From a virus, in IMG/VR virus record IMGVR_UViG_3300020046_003171, positions 1-40,983 of that record: DNA of 40,983 nt; one strand, 5' to 3'. Both the position numbers and the translations under genes were made by a program. This document shows, one piece after another, positions 15,954 through 23,132 of the stretch (position 1 is its first letter; every line of letters starts with the position of its first letter). Below the pieces are notes generated by a model that searched no databases, was not told the DNA's origin, and saw only the letters and a program-made list of their open reading frames with translations.

Positions 15954-16149
15954 AAAAATTGGTAATAGGCGCTGGGATAATTGAACCTTCGTCTTCCACC
16001 ATGTAATCCATGACAATCTCGCAATGATTTACGAGGACCTTGTGAATTGATTCGGCTAAATCCGGCTCTAGGGCTCTAATGACGCCAGAGATAATGCCAA
16101 ATGATAACAGTGCTTCGTTTTTGCTAGACATTGAAATATCCGCCATCAA
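15877..16149 (-). CDS. Hypothetical protein (90 aa; alternative ATG 16131)
   Basis: ORF with a plausible helical N-terminal two-thirds. Its tail overlaps the next ORF. Confidence 0.45.
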   Translation of the reverse strand: MMADISMSSKNEALLSFGIISGVIRALEPDLAESIHKVLVNHCEIVMDYMVEDEGSIIPAPITNFYATNPCKSDSGPWEPGQVNCGGIVK

Positions 16150-16426
16150 TTAAAGCTTGCCTTTTAATTTCATCTTCTCGTTTTTGATGGTCCCCAATAG
16201 ACTCCTCGGGAAATCTGGATACATCGTCTAAACCAATGCTACTAATTGGGTTTTCCTCAAACATATCTATGAAACAACCCCCCTCCCAAACTCTTAATTT
16301 GTCGTTTATTTCAATTTTTACAGCGGGAGAGTCACAACATCCGCAGCCGTCTGTTTTTATTTTAATTCCGTTTGTTTTAAAATAGTTCAGCACATAAACT
16401 AAATCTTTTAATTCTTCTTGTTTCAT
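16124..16426 (-). CDS. Hypothetical Cys-rich protein (100 aa)
   Basis: Start set at ATG 16426 (ATGA overlap). Contains a DGCGCCDSP motif. Confidence 0.5.
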   Translation of the reverse strand: MKQEELKDLVYVLNYFKTNGIKIKTDGCGCCDSPAVKIEINDKLRVWEGGCFIDMFEENPISSIGLDDVSRFPEESIGDHQKREDEIKRQALIDGGYFNV

Positions 16427-16590
16427 TCCGCACCCCAACTAAAACCCTCTGCACACGCATCACTGCAGAAATAATAATCATCGTCTTCTTCGTGTAGCGT
16501 TAGACAATCTGTTCCGCCGCCAATTTCAGCGCCACACCAGGTGCATTCGCGTCTCTTGGCTGAGAAAGTCATTTCAAGTTCAGGTTTCAT
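16423..16590 (-). CDS. TRASH/YHS-like zinc-binding protein (55 aa)
   Basis: C-x2-C-x22-C-x3-C (CTWC...FCSDAC) fits the TRASH spacing. Start set at ATG 16590 because an SD GAGAGGA lies 5 nt upstream. Confidence 0.5.
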   Translation of the reverse strand: MKPELEMTFSAKRRECTWCGAEIGGGTDCLTLHEEDDDYYFCSDACAEGFSWGAE

Positions 16591-16981
16591 CTTCCATCCT
16601 CTCAATCATTTCTTCTAACTCCATAATCAGTGCGTCAACCTTGGTTTCGATGTTGTAAGAAAGCTTTTCAAGCAACAGTGATTTTGCGCTCATGCTGTCT
16701 GCCGTTTCATTTACGTGCTTTCTGTTTACGCAAATACAATTCTTTATGCCCTCGATGCGATTCATAATGATGTCAATTTCGCCATGAGTCATTTTTGGAA
16801 AGTCTATCTTTTCAATTTGGTAAATCTGTTCCTTAATTTCTCTCGCGATTTCTTGGTCTGTTTTTCCGTAAGTCTTTGGGGTATCAACTTCAAATTGCTT
16901 ATAAAGAACACCAACATGATTGTCAGGAAAATCTTTTAGATTAGTCCATATTAAATTATTAATAATGTCATCGTGCGTCAT
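16580..16981 (-). CDS. Hypothetical protein (133 aa)
   Basis: Coupled ORF with no recognisable family. Confidence 0.55.
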   Translation of the reverse strand: MTHDDIINNLIWTNLKDFPDNHVGVLYKQFEVDTPKTYGKTDQEIAREIKEQIYQIEKIDFPKMTHGEIDIIMNRIEGIKNCICVNRKHVNETADSMSAKSLLLEKLSYNIETKVDALIMELEEMIERMEDET

Positions 16982-17084
16982 CTTCTTCGCCTTTAATGTT
17001 TCTTACTATATCCGCGCACCCCATTAAGAATGCGACTGCCCATATAGCAAAAGGTATTATAAATACAAGAGCCCAAATTTTCAT
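16968..17084 (-). CDS. Small membrane peptide (38 aa, below ORF-track cutoff)
   Basis: Hand-translated as MKIWALVFIIPFAIWAVAFLMGCADIVRNIKGEEDDAR. An SD AGGGGG lies upstream, and its end overlaps the next ATG. Confidence 0.45.
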   Translation of the reverse strand: MKIWALVFIIPFAIWAVAFLMGCADIVRNIKGEEDDAR

Positions 17085-17092
17085 TTCACCCC

Positions 17093-17371
17093 CTAAGAAC
17101 CAAATGAATCTCTGTGACTTTCTAGCAACTTAATCATCATTTCAACTTTGTCTTTCGAGTTAAAAGAAGCGCTACACAGCACTTTATGTGGTTCGTTTTC
17201 GTCTGCTATTGCAATCGTAACAACGGGTTTATGCCATTGATGTAATTTGTATTCTTTCATAACATGCACCACCTGACCTTCGCCAGTGTGAACTAAAACA
17301 TTGTTCATTCTGTCTCCACTTAAATCCCTAAGAAAACTTTGTACCTTGTTTGCTATCTTGACTTCCATCAT
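17093..17371 (-). CDS. Hypothetical protein (92 aa)
   Basis: ORF with an SD-like GGGGAAAG upstream. Confidence 0.55.
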   Translation of the reverse strand: MMEVKIANKVQSFLRDLSGDRMNNVLVHTGEGQVVHVMKEYKLHQWHKPVVTIAIADENEPHKVLCSASFNSKDKVEMMIKLLESHRDSFGS

Positions 17372-17474
17372 CGCTTCTTTCCCCTATTTTAATTATCAAC
17401 TTACACATTAGAAATGTTCCGAGACTGATTATTAGGGCAAAAACTACTATCCCTAGTGCAGATAAAAGATACAT
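17328..17474 (-). CDS. Possible small membrane peptide (48 aa)
   Basis: Hand-translated as MYLLSALGIVVFALIISLGTFLMCKLIIKIGERSDDGSQDSKQGTKFS. It overlaps the start of the next gene by 44 nt, so it is uncertain. Confidence 0.3.
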   Translation of the reverse strand: MYLLSALGIVVFALIISLGTFLMCKLIIKIGERSDDGSQDSKQGTKFS

Positions 17475-17492
17475 GATTATCCCATCTATTTA

Positions 17493-17672
17493 TCAAATTC
17501 TTTCAAATACGCAATATTTACAAAATTCGCTTTTGCTTATCCCTCTTTCTTCTGCAGCTTTCGATATAATAGCGTGCTCCGAAGGGTCAACCCTAAATCC
17601 TATAAACGCTGTCTTTACAGTGGCTCGCTCCTTGACGGGCGGCCTACCTACTTTCTTTTTCTTTGCTTTCAT
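17493..17672 (-). CDS. Ribbon-helix-helix (CopG/Arc/MobC-like) DNA-binding regulator (59 aa, below ORF-track cutoff)
   Basis: Hand-translated as MKAKKKKVGRPPVKERATVKTAFIGFRVDPSEHAIISKAAEERGISKSEFCKYCVFERI. The layout is a basic tail, then a beta strand, then two helices. It is the first gene of the minus early block and faces the divergent control region. Confidence 0.6.
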   Translation of the reverse strand: MKAKKKKVGRPPVKERATVKTAFIGFRVDPSEHAIISKAAEERGISKSEFCKYCVFERI

Positions 17673-17695
17673 GTTTCAAACTCTACCAAACTTTT

Positions 17696-17738
17696 TGTTA
17701 AACGGAAAGGCTTGTAATCAATTTATTTTGTGTTAAAC
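17696..17738. promoter_or_regulatory. Direct repeat TGTTAAAC x2 in the divergent early control region (candidate operator)
   Basis: Identical 8-mers at 17696-17703 and 17731-17738, between the RHH gene and the erf operon. A possible TTGTAA-16-TAAACT promoter overlaps them. Confidence 0.35.
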
Positions 17739-17774
17739 TTAAACCCATAATAACAACTAACAGAGGAAAGATAA

Positions 17775-18419
17775 ATGGACAAATCACCAGAAATAGACAA
17801 ATTGGCATCTGCGCTGGTCAAATTCCAGTCAGAGGTCAGGGATGCCCAAAGAACAAAGTCTTCATATAACGGAAAGTATGCGGATTTAGAGGGTATATAT
17901 TCTATTATTAGACCTCTGTTAAGTAAGCATGGCATATGCTTTAAACAAGACCTTATATCGCAAATCGCAGGAGAGGTTAAAGTCAAAACATGGCTTATTC
18001 ATACATCTGGTCAATACATGGCGAGCGAACTCACAGTATCTGTCCCAGCTGGCCAGGGAAAAACAAATTCTTTGCAACAAGTTGGGGTGGCAGCATCGTA
18101 CGCACGTCGCTACGCTATAATGGGAGCCGTTGGCATTACTCAACGTGACGAAGATGATGACGCTGACTCTCTTACAGAACAAGCGCCAAAATTTAAACAA
18201 GCAGAACAAAAGCCCAAAGAAGAAGCGCCAAAGCCCGTATTAATTAATCATGACCAAGCTTTAGTGCTTCTTGAGGTAATCGGAAAGGCTGGATATACAG
18301 AGCAAAAAATACTCCTGCATTACGGAAAAGAAAGGCTTTTAGATTTCAACCTGGCAGAATTTGAAAACTGTAAAATGATTATGGCTAAAAAAATCGCAGA
18401 AAAGGAAGAAGCTAAATGA
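17775..18419 (+). CDS. erf: ERF-family single-strand annealing protein (214 aa)
   Basis: The pattern KFQSEV..YNGKYADLEGIYSIIRPLLSKHGI..LIHTSGQ..GVAASYARRYAIMGAVGI..DEDDDA is characteristic of Erf. A strong SD GAGGAAAG lies upstream. Confidence 0.75.
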   Translation: MDKSPEIDKLASALVKFQSEVRDAQRTKSSYNGKYADLEGIYSIIRPLLSKHGICFKQDLISQIAGEVKVKTWLIHTSGQYMASELTVSVPAGQGKTNSLQQVGVAASYARRYAIMGAVGITQRDEDDDADSLTEQAPKFKQAEQKPKEEAPKPVLINHDQALVLLEVIGKAGYTEQKILLHYGKERLLDFNLAEFENCKMIMAKKIAEKEEAK

Positions 18420-19081
18420 TAATTCATAACGTAGGGCAAAGAAGTTCTGAATGGTTCAAACTGCGTTTAGGTAAGATAACAGGTAGCAATGCGCACAAGC
18501 TAACAACTAAAGCTAAATTTGAGTCATATTTCTGTGAACTATTAGCGGAAACTATTACTCGCAATATTACTGAGGGGCATATAACGGACGCTATGCAATG
18601 GGGTATCGATAACGAACCTTTCGCCGCAGAATGGTACGCCGAATATACAGGTTGGGACATAGAGGTATGCGGCTTCATTGAAGACGAAAACAATATATTT
18701 GGATGCTCTCCTGACTTGTTAGTCGGTGATGATGGAATGGCGCAAATAAAGTGCCCCAGCTCAAAGAATCATCTTGATTACATGATGAATGGGCCAGACA
18801 AAGAAATCATTTATCAAATGCAATGGGAAATGTTTGTGGCTAATCGACAACGCAACGACTTCATAAGCTACGACCCCAGATTTAAAGGTGACTTAATAGG
18901 GCACGTTCAAACCATAGAAAGAGATGAAAAAATAATTTCTATGCTGCTTGGCGCAGCTCACGAAATGCAAGGCAGAATACATATGTATTTATTCGACCAT
19001 GACATACCCGTTACTAGGTACGTTCCACCCATTCCACCACCAATTAGTGAAATGGATTTATCAAACTATTTGAGGGCTTAA
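18416..19081 (+). CDS. YqaJ/lambda-exonuclease-like PD-(D/E)xK recombination exonuclease (221 aa)
   Basis: Contains RSSEWFKLRLGKITGS, GCSPDLLV and QIKCP motifs. It is ATGA-coupled to erf. Confidence 0.8.
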   Translation: MIIHNVGQRSSEWFKLRLGKITGSNAHKLTTKAKFESYFCELLAETITRNITEGHITDAMQWGIDNEPFAAEWYAEYTGWDIEVCGFIEDENNIFGCSPDLLVGDDGMAQIKCPSSKNHLDYMMNGPDKEIIYQMQWEMFVANRQRNDFISYDPRFKGDLIGHVQTIERDEKIISMLLGAAHEMQGRIHMYLFDHDIPVTRYVPPIPPPISEMDLSNYLRA

Positions 19082-19272
19082 TGATGCATGAATTAACATT
19101 TAATGAAACCAAAACCGTTGGCGCAGGTTTTCTTCCTCTTCTTGCAGCTCTTGTTGCGGTCGTGGTTGCACCAAAGATTATTAACGACCATAGAAAAGAG
19201 TACAATCAATGGGGGCGCGATATAAGCCAAACCCTATATGACCATAATCACCCTTACGACCCTAACAAATAG
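19081..19272 (+). CDS. Small membrane protein (63 aa)
   Basis: Has a TM helix, GAGFLPLLAALVAVVVAPKIINDH. TAATG-coupled. Confidence 0.5.
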   Translation: MMHELTFNETKTVGAGFLPLLAALVAVVVAPKIINDHRKEYNQWGRDISQTLYDHNHPYDPNK

Positions 19273-19280
19273 GAGGCGTT

Positions 19281-19403
19281 ATGTTGGAGAAAGTCAGGAA
19301 AGTTATTGGCATGCCAATGTTATGTTTGATTGTTTTTGTGGGTGCTTTTATGGCACCCAAAGTAATTCATGATACATATATAACAATATTCACAGTTCAA
19401 TAA
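19281..19403 (+). CDS. Small membrane peptide (40 aa, below ORF-track cutoff), paralog-like to the preceding gene
   Basis: Hand-translated as MLEKVRKVIGMPMLCLIVFVGAFMAPKVIHDTYITIFTVQ. A perfect SD AGGAGG lies 4 nt upstream. Confidence 0.6.
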   Translation: MLEKVRKVIGMPMLCLIVFVGAFMAPKVIHDTYITIFTVQ

Positions 19404-19415
19404 GGAATTGCATTT

Positions 19416-19706
19416 GTGGAAAATCCAACAGAGCAAGAAAAAGAAGAAGCATTCAAGGTCGCCCAAGCATCTGCTGAAAAAATATGCGAAACCATAATGA
19501 ATATGATTTACCATTTTCAAGCGGATTATAAGTTGGGTGGGTATATAGCTGGGCAATATATGTCGGAAATAGCGGGTTATGTTCTTGCATCAATGCTTTC
19601 GAATGCTGAGGGCACAAAGAGAAACGGCTATCTCATTGGAGTGCTAGAAACCGCTTTTGAAAAGGAATCTAAAATCAGAGAATATTACACTAAGGGGGCA
19701 AACTAA
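19416..19706 (+). CDS. Hypothetical protein (96 aa, GTG start)
   Basis: ORF with an AAGGA upstream. Confidence 0.5.
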   Translation: MENPTEQEKEEAFKVAQASAEKICETIMNMIYHFQADYKLGGYIAGQYMSEIAGYVLASMLSNAEGTKRNGYLIGVLETAFEKESKIREYYTKGAN

Positions 19707-19885
19707 TGAAACATGACGATGAGGAATGCTCGGTAAGGCATCCATGCAAAACAATAGCGATATTCCTTGGTGGGATGTTACTGGGCGCATTGGTTGGGTT
19801 TGCGCTGCTATGGACCTTGATAATGATTTCTCCAGAGCCGCCGAGCATGGAGATTAACCATAATAATTACGCGGAGAGGAAATAA
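19706..19885 (+). CDS. Small membrane protein (59 aa, below ORF-track cutoff)
   Basis: Hand-translated as MKHDDEECSVRHPCKTIAIFLGGMLLGALVGFALLWTLIMISPEPPSMEINHNNYAERK. It has TAATG overlaps at both ends. Confidence 0.55.
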   Translation: MKHDDEECSVRHPCKTIAIFLGGMLLGALVGFALLWTLIMISPEPPSMEINHNNYAERK

Positions 19886-20070
19886 TGCCACACATGAATG
19901 AAGTTTTTGAGTTATTAGAAAGCGCAAAGAACCATCTAATAAGCCAGGATGCCCTTATAGCCCTCAAGGTTGGAAGCTCTGACATCATGGTATTAGAGCT
20001 GGTAGAAAAAATAGACCAAATCCTACACGAATGGGAAATGTTGAAAACGGGTAATTTAGCGAGGACGTGA
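19885..20070 (+). CDS. Hypothetical protein (61 aa)
   Basis: Coupled ORF. Confidence 0.5.
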   Translation: MPHMNEVFELLESAKNHLISQDALIALKVGSSDIMVLELVEKIDQILHEWEMLKTGNLART

Positions 20071-20309
20071 TGGCAAAAATTAAAAAGGCGGCTCCTGCCA
20101 GGAGAACCAGAGGCGAAGCCTGGGATACAATCCATGAGAATCTAAAAATGCTTGCAAGAAGGGTTGTAACCGCAGAAGGAAACCTTGAAGACATTCAGGC
20201 TGTTTATAACGCCATGAGAGTGGCCAAACATTATGAAGAGCTTGCGTCGACTGGGTACATTGCACAGAAGCTGCTTGATAAAGATGCGAAAAAGAAGGAA
20301 GAGGAATGA
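20067..20309 (+). CDS. Hypothetical basic/helical protein (80 aa)
   Basis: ATGA-coupled ORF. Confidence 0.5.
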   Translation: MMAKIKKAAPARRTRGEAWDTIHENLKMLARRVVTAEGNLEDIQAVYNAMRVAKHYEELASTGYIAQKLLDKDAKKKEEE

Positions 20310-20491
20310 CGCCATACGTATTGATTTGGGTTTTAAGCGCTCACTTGACTGGGCCTAACACAATGTATAGTGGAAGCGCTGAATTTAATAGCAAAGAAAC
20401 ATGCGTTGCGGCTGGAAAATTCATGCTTGAAAGAACTACTAAACTAGGCATGTTATATAATTACGAAATGTTAGAGTGTGTTAAGAAATAA
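20306..20491 (+). CDS. Small secreted/membrane protein (61 aa)
   Basis: Has an N-terminal hydrophobic segment, MTPYVLIWVLSAHL. It is the last gene of the plus block. Confidence 0.5.
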   Translation: MTPYVLIWVLSAHLTGPNTMYSGSAEFNSKETCVAAGKFMLERTTKLGMLYNYEMLECVKK

Positions 20492-20603
20492 GGAAATAAT
20501 ATGACATCACTTATCTATTTCATGGCAAATTAAATGTAAGTCAGCATCGGCAACTTGCTCACATTCGTAAGTTGCCATATTCTGAAAATTATCATCATTA
20601 CAT

Positions 20604-21368
20604 TTATGGCTTTGTTGCACCGTGATTACAATTAGAGCCATCATTATGAATTCCATTATTCCCAGACCTTCTAAAAATTAAATAACATTCCCATGAGCAA
20701 TATTTTCTAGGGATGCTCTTTGTGGATTTTACATCATTTTCACAAATTAAACATTTTGTAATTATGCCCATCTTCCTGCACGTATAACTGCAGTGCTTCG
20801 TATAAGATAACCCCTGCTGGGAAATAAAAAATGTTTTTCCACATTTAATGCAAGCCAACGTAGATTTTGCATTAGATTTGATGCTTCTATTCAATATTTG
20901 CTCAAGCTTAGTTGCCCATCGGCAATTTTCAGGATAATAGTTGTCGTCATTATTTATGCGATCTATAGACAGTGTTCTATCTTTCTTGAATCCCATATCT
21001 GCTATAAAATTCTCGAACTTATGCCATCGCTCGCAAACTTTTATTCCTCTGCCTCCGTAGGAATCATACCAAGCATTTTTTGGGTTATTGCATCTTTGGA
21101 GCATATCTCTCCATGCGCCATATTCTGAGGTTTTTGAAAGATCGTGCCTTTTTACGATCTCAAGATGGAGGCAACCGCATGATTTGCTTTTGCCGGACTT
21201 TAAATCTCCCCATGTTATGGTATTTTTATTTCCACATATACATATGCACAGGACGGTGTTTTTAAACTTTTTCCCATTTTTTCTATATCCTGGGAAATAA
21301 TCCAAAACTGTCCATCTGTTAAACTGCTTGCCTATAAATAGATTTTTGTCTAAGGTGGGATTAGTCAT
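20604..21368 (-). CDS. HNH-family/homing-endonuclease-like DNA-binding protein with C-terminal Zn-finger repeats (254 aa)
   Basis: Contains the motifs W.VL..C.C.CG..LKSGKSKSCGC, YGAWRDMLQRC, YGGRGIKVCERW and SIDRINNDDNYYPENCRWAT. These are typical of a widespread phage endonuclease-like family. The C-terminus carries two CxxC...CSxxC units. Confidence 0.55.
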   Translation of the reverse strand: MTNPTLDKNLFIGKQFNRWTVLDYFPGYRKNGKKFKNTVLCICICGNKNTITWGDLKSGKSKSCGCLHLEIVKRHDLSKTSEYGAWRDMLQRCNNPKNAWYDSYGGRGIKVCERWHKFENFIADMGFKKDRTLSIDRINNDDNYYPENCRWATKLEQILNRSIKSNAKSTLACIKCGKTFFISQQGLSYTKHCSYTCRKMGIITKCLICENDVKSTKSIPRKYCSWECYLIFRRSGNNGIHNDGSNCNHGATKP

Positions 21369-21432
21369 GAGCTATGTCTCCTTACAGACTTAGTTTATGA
21401 GGGTATCGAGGATTCAGCCCCTCGGTGCCCAT

Positions 21433-21612
21433 TTATTTTGACTCTGGTGTGAAGTCTATATCCAAAGAATTTTCTGGTAAATTAAGTTGGTATTCAATAA
21501 CTTCTTCAACGAACTCTTCGCTAATCTGCTCTATCCGATTGTCATGGCCAAGAAAATAAGACGAGCCTATACCAATCCCGCAGACTGCAATAAACGCAAT
21601 TACTAGCATCAT
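21433..21612 (-). CDS. Small membrane/lipoprotein-like protein (59 aa), candidate holin or spanin
   Basis: Start set at ATG 21612, directly after the lysin stop. The N-terminus MMLVIAFIAVCGIGIG is followed by an acidic tail. The upstream part of the 104-aa ORF overlaps the lysin gene. Confidence 0.4.
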   Translation of the reverse strand: MMLVIAFIAVCGIGIGSSYFLGHDNRIEQISEEFVEEVIEYQLNLPENSLDIDFTPESK

Positions 21613-21613
21613 C

Positions 21614-22120
21614 CTAACTTTGTCCTTCGAACCTATGTTTTCGCTCGCTAATAATTCTTTCAAATATTTTAACAGATTCTTTAACATCGGTTTTCCCGCC
21701 TCTGCTGTTATACCAGAGCTTGTGATATTCCGAATGAGCTTTAGCATCGTCCCATTGTGGCAACGGCTGCTTAATAGGGAGATATTTTAAACGCGTCGTT
21801 ATTACCGCCCATCTTAGATTATGCATCACCGAAGAGCGCGGAGGGAAGGCAGTATAAAAACAGGCGGCCAAGCACTTATCTTTTAGGCTGGCTTTGTCAA
21901 ATCTATTTAAATATCTCAGGATGTCATTGTAAGTTATCTCCTCACATTGACCGAACCCCATTGCATCCCCTGGACCTTTTTGTTCAACAAACTTTAGGCC
22001 AGATTCAACCAAGAACGTTCCAAGAACAAGAATATGCGCTGCAGGTGAGTAGAGGTTAACCACCTGCAGCGACGGAACTAAAATGAACTCTTCAAATTGA
22101 AGTTCGTCCAATTTTAGCAA
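21614..22120 (-). CDS. SLT-like lytic transglycosylase / endolysin candidate (168 aa, non-ATG start)
   Basis: FLVESGLKFVEQKGPGDAMGFGQCEEITYNDILRYL resembles the E-S...G-[LF]-x-Q...Y-L core of SLT domains. It lies next to a small membrane protein at the end of the late block. Confidence 0.45.
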   Translation of the reverse strand: MLKLDELQFEEFILVPSLQVVNLYSPAAHILVLGTFLVESGLKFVEQKGPGDAMGFGQCEEITYNDILRYLNRFDKASLKDKCLAACFYTAFPPRSSVMHNLRWAVITTRLKYLPIKQPLPQWDDAKAHSEYHKLWYNSRGGKTDVKESVKIFERIISERKHRFEGQS

Positions 22121-22190
22121 CCTTTCTTATCTTTCTTCTTTTTAGCTTTCTTAATCTTTTTTTCGCTAATCACTGGTACGGGTTTTTTCA

Positions 22191-22835
22191 TTATGCCACC
22201 GCTCTTAAAATTTGATAATAAACAATACAATCATTACCAGGATTGCCACTAAAAGTTAAAGTCAAAGTATTGTTGGTAACTGCGGTTTGTAACAATGTAA
22301 CGTTAGCTGTCCCGTTGTCTTTAATAACGCATGACGCAATGTCAGTTGCTAAAGCGCCGTTAACGACAATGGCTTCAGCCGCAGCACCACCAACTGTTGT
22401 ATATTGAGCACCGTATTTAACAATATGTGAAGGCGTAATACCAGCAGCAAGTTTTGCTAATGTTACGTTCGCATCTGCAATCTTTGCAGTAGTAACGGCA
22501 CTAGCTTGAATCGCAGCAGTATCAACAGAGTTTGCACCAACTTCAACAGCCGTTGTAATAACGCCGCTAACTACCGCCGTAACTGTTAATTGAATAACAC
22601 CATTAGAGCAAACGCAGTTAATAATGTCACCAACACCAAGCTGATTAGTAAATCCTGAAATAAAGAAATCAGAAAACGGTGTGAAATAACCTGCGGTAGA
22701 AACAGTTGCAATTGTATCTGTTGTAGTACCGTATCCCCAAATCAATGGAACTCGCGTCTGTGGAATACCATTAACATAGTATGCCAATGGCGGATTTAAT
22801 GATTGCTGAAACAAATTACTTGGAATAAAAGCCAT
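22191..22835 (-). CDS. Short tail fibre/receptor-binding protein (214 aa) sharing its N-terminal domain with the 842-aa fibre
   Basis: MAFIPSN.., GY.TT.DT.ATV.T.GYF, INC.CS.G, and NSV.TAAIQ..AVT align by eye with residues 1-105 of ORF 25486..28014. Confidence 0.6.
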   Translation of the reverse strand: MAFIPSNLFQQSLNPPLAYYVNGIPQTRVPLIWGYGTTTDTIATVSTAGYFTPFSDFFISGFTNQLGVGDIINCVCSNGVIQLTVTAVVSGVITTAVEVGANSVDTAAIQASAVTTAKIADANVTLAKLAAGITPSHIVKYGAQYTTVGGAAAEAIVVNGALATDIASCVIKDNGTANVTLLQTAVTNNTLTLTFSGNPGNDCIVYYQILRAVA

Positions 22836-22855
22836 GATAGTCTCCTTGGTTTAAG

Positions 22856-22990
22856 TTATTTACGTTTTTTAACTTTTTTATCTCGGTCCATCAGTTTCTC
22901 TGCGTTCTTCTCAATCTTTTCCGCAGCATTATAAATGGCTTTCGATTCTTTCTTATCTTTCTTTAAATGAGCTTTACTTACTTTTGGCAT
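22856..22990 (-). CDS. Lys-rich micro-protein (44 aa, below ORF-track cutoff)
   Basis: Hand-translated as [44 protein letters not shown]. Confidence 0.4.
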   Translation of the reverse strand: MPKVSKAHLKKDKKESKAIYNAAEKIEKNAEKLMDRDKKVKKRK

Positions 22991-23123
22991 TTTTCTTACC
23001 TTTTGATTTTCCGGCTTTACTATAAGCAATAGCCGCAGCTTGTTTAACAGGCTTTCCGGCCCTTACTTCAGTAGCAATGTTCTCATTAATTACTTTTTTA
23101 GATTTGCCTTTTTTCAATGGCAT
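22974..23123 (-). CDS. Basic micro-protein (49 aa, below ORF-track cutoff)
   Basis: Hand-translated as [49 protein letters not shown]. An SD AAGGAAA lies 5 nt upstream. The [12 protein letters not shown] core resembles a widespread small basic protein family. Confidence 0.45.
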   Translation of the reverse strand: MPLKKGKSKKVINENIATEVRAGKPVKQAAAIAYSKAGKSKGKKNAKSK

Positions 23124-23132
23124 GGCATTTCC

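Noticed and set aside
17473-17736. 87-aa plus-strand ORF in the divergent control region
   Set aside because: It is antisense to a much more convincing RHH regulator gene (17493..17672) and has no SD.
20549-20576. Hairpin GGCAACTT-12 nt-AAGTTGCC between the converging blocks as a bidirectional terminator
   Set aside because: It has no flanking T/A runs and a long loop. It is too weak to call from sequence alone.
21613-21747. First 45 codons of the 104-aa ORF 21433..21747
   Set aside because: They overlap the 3' end of the SLT-like gene by 134 nt. The internal ATG at 21612 starts right after that gene's stop and begins the hydrophobic segment.
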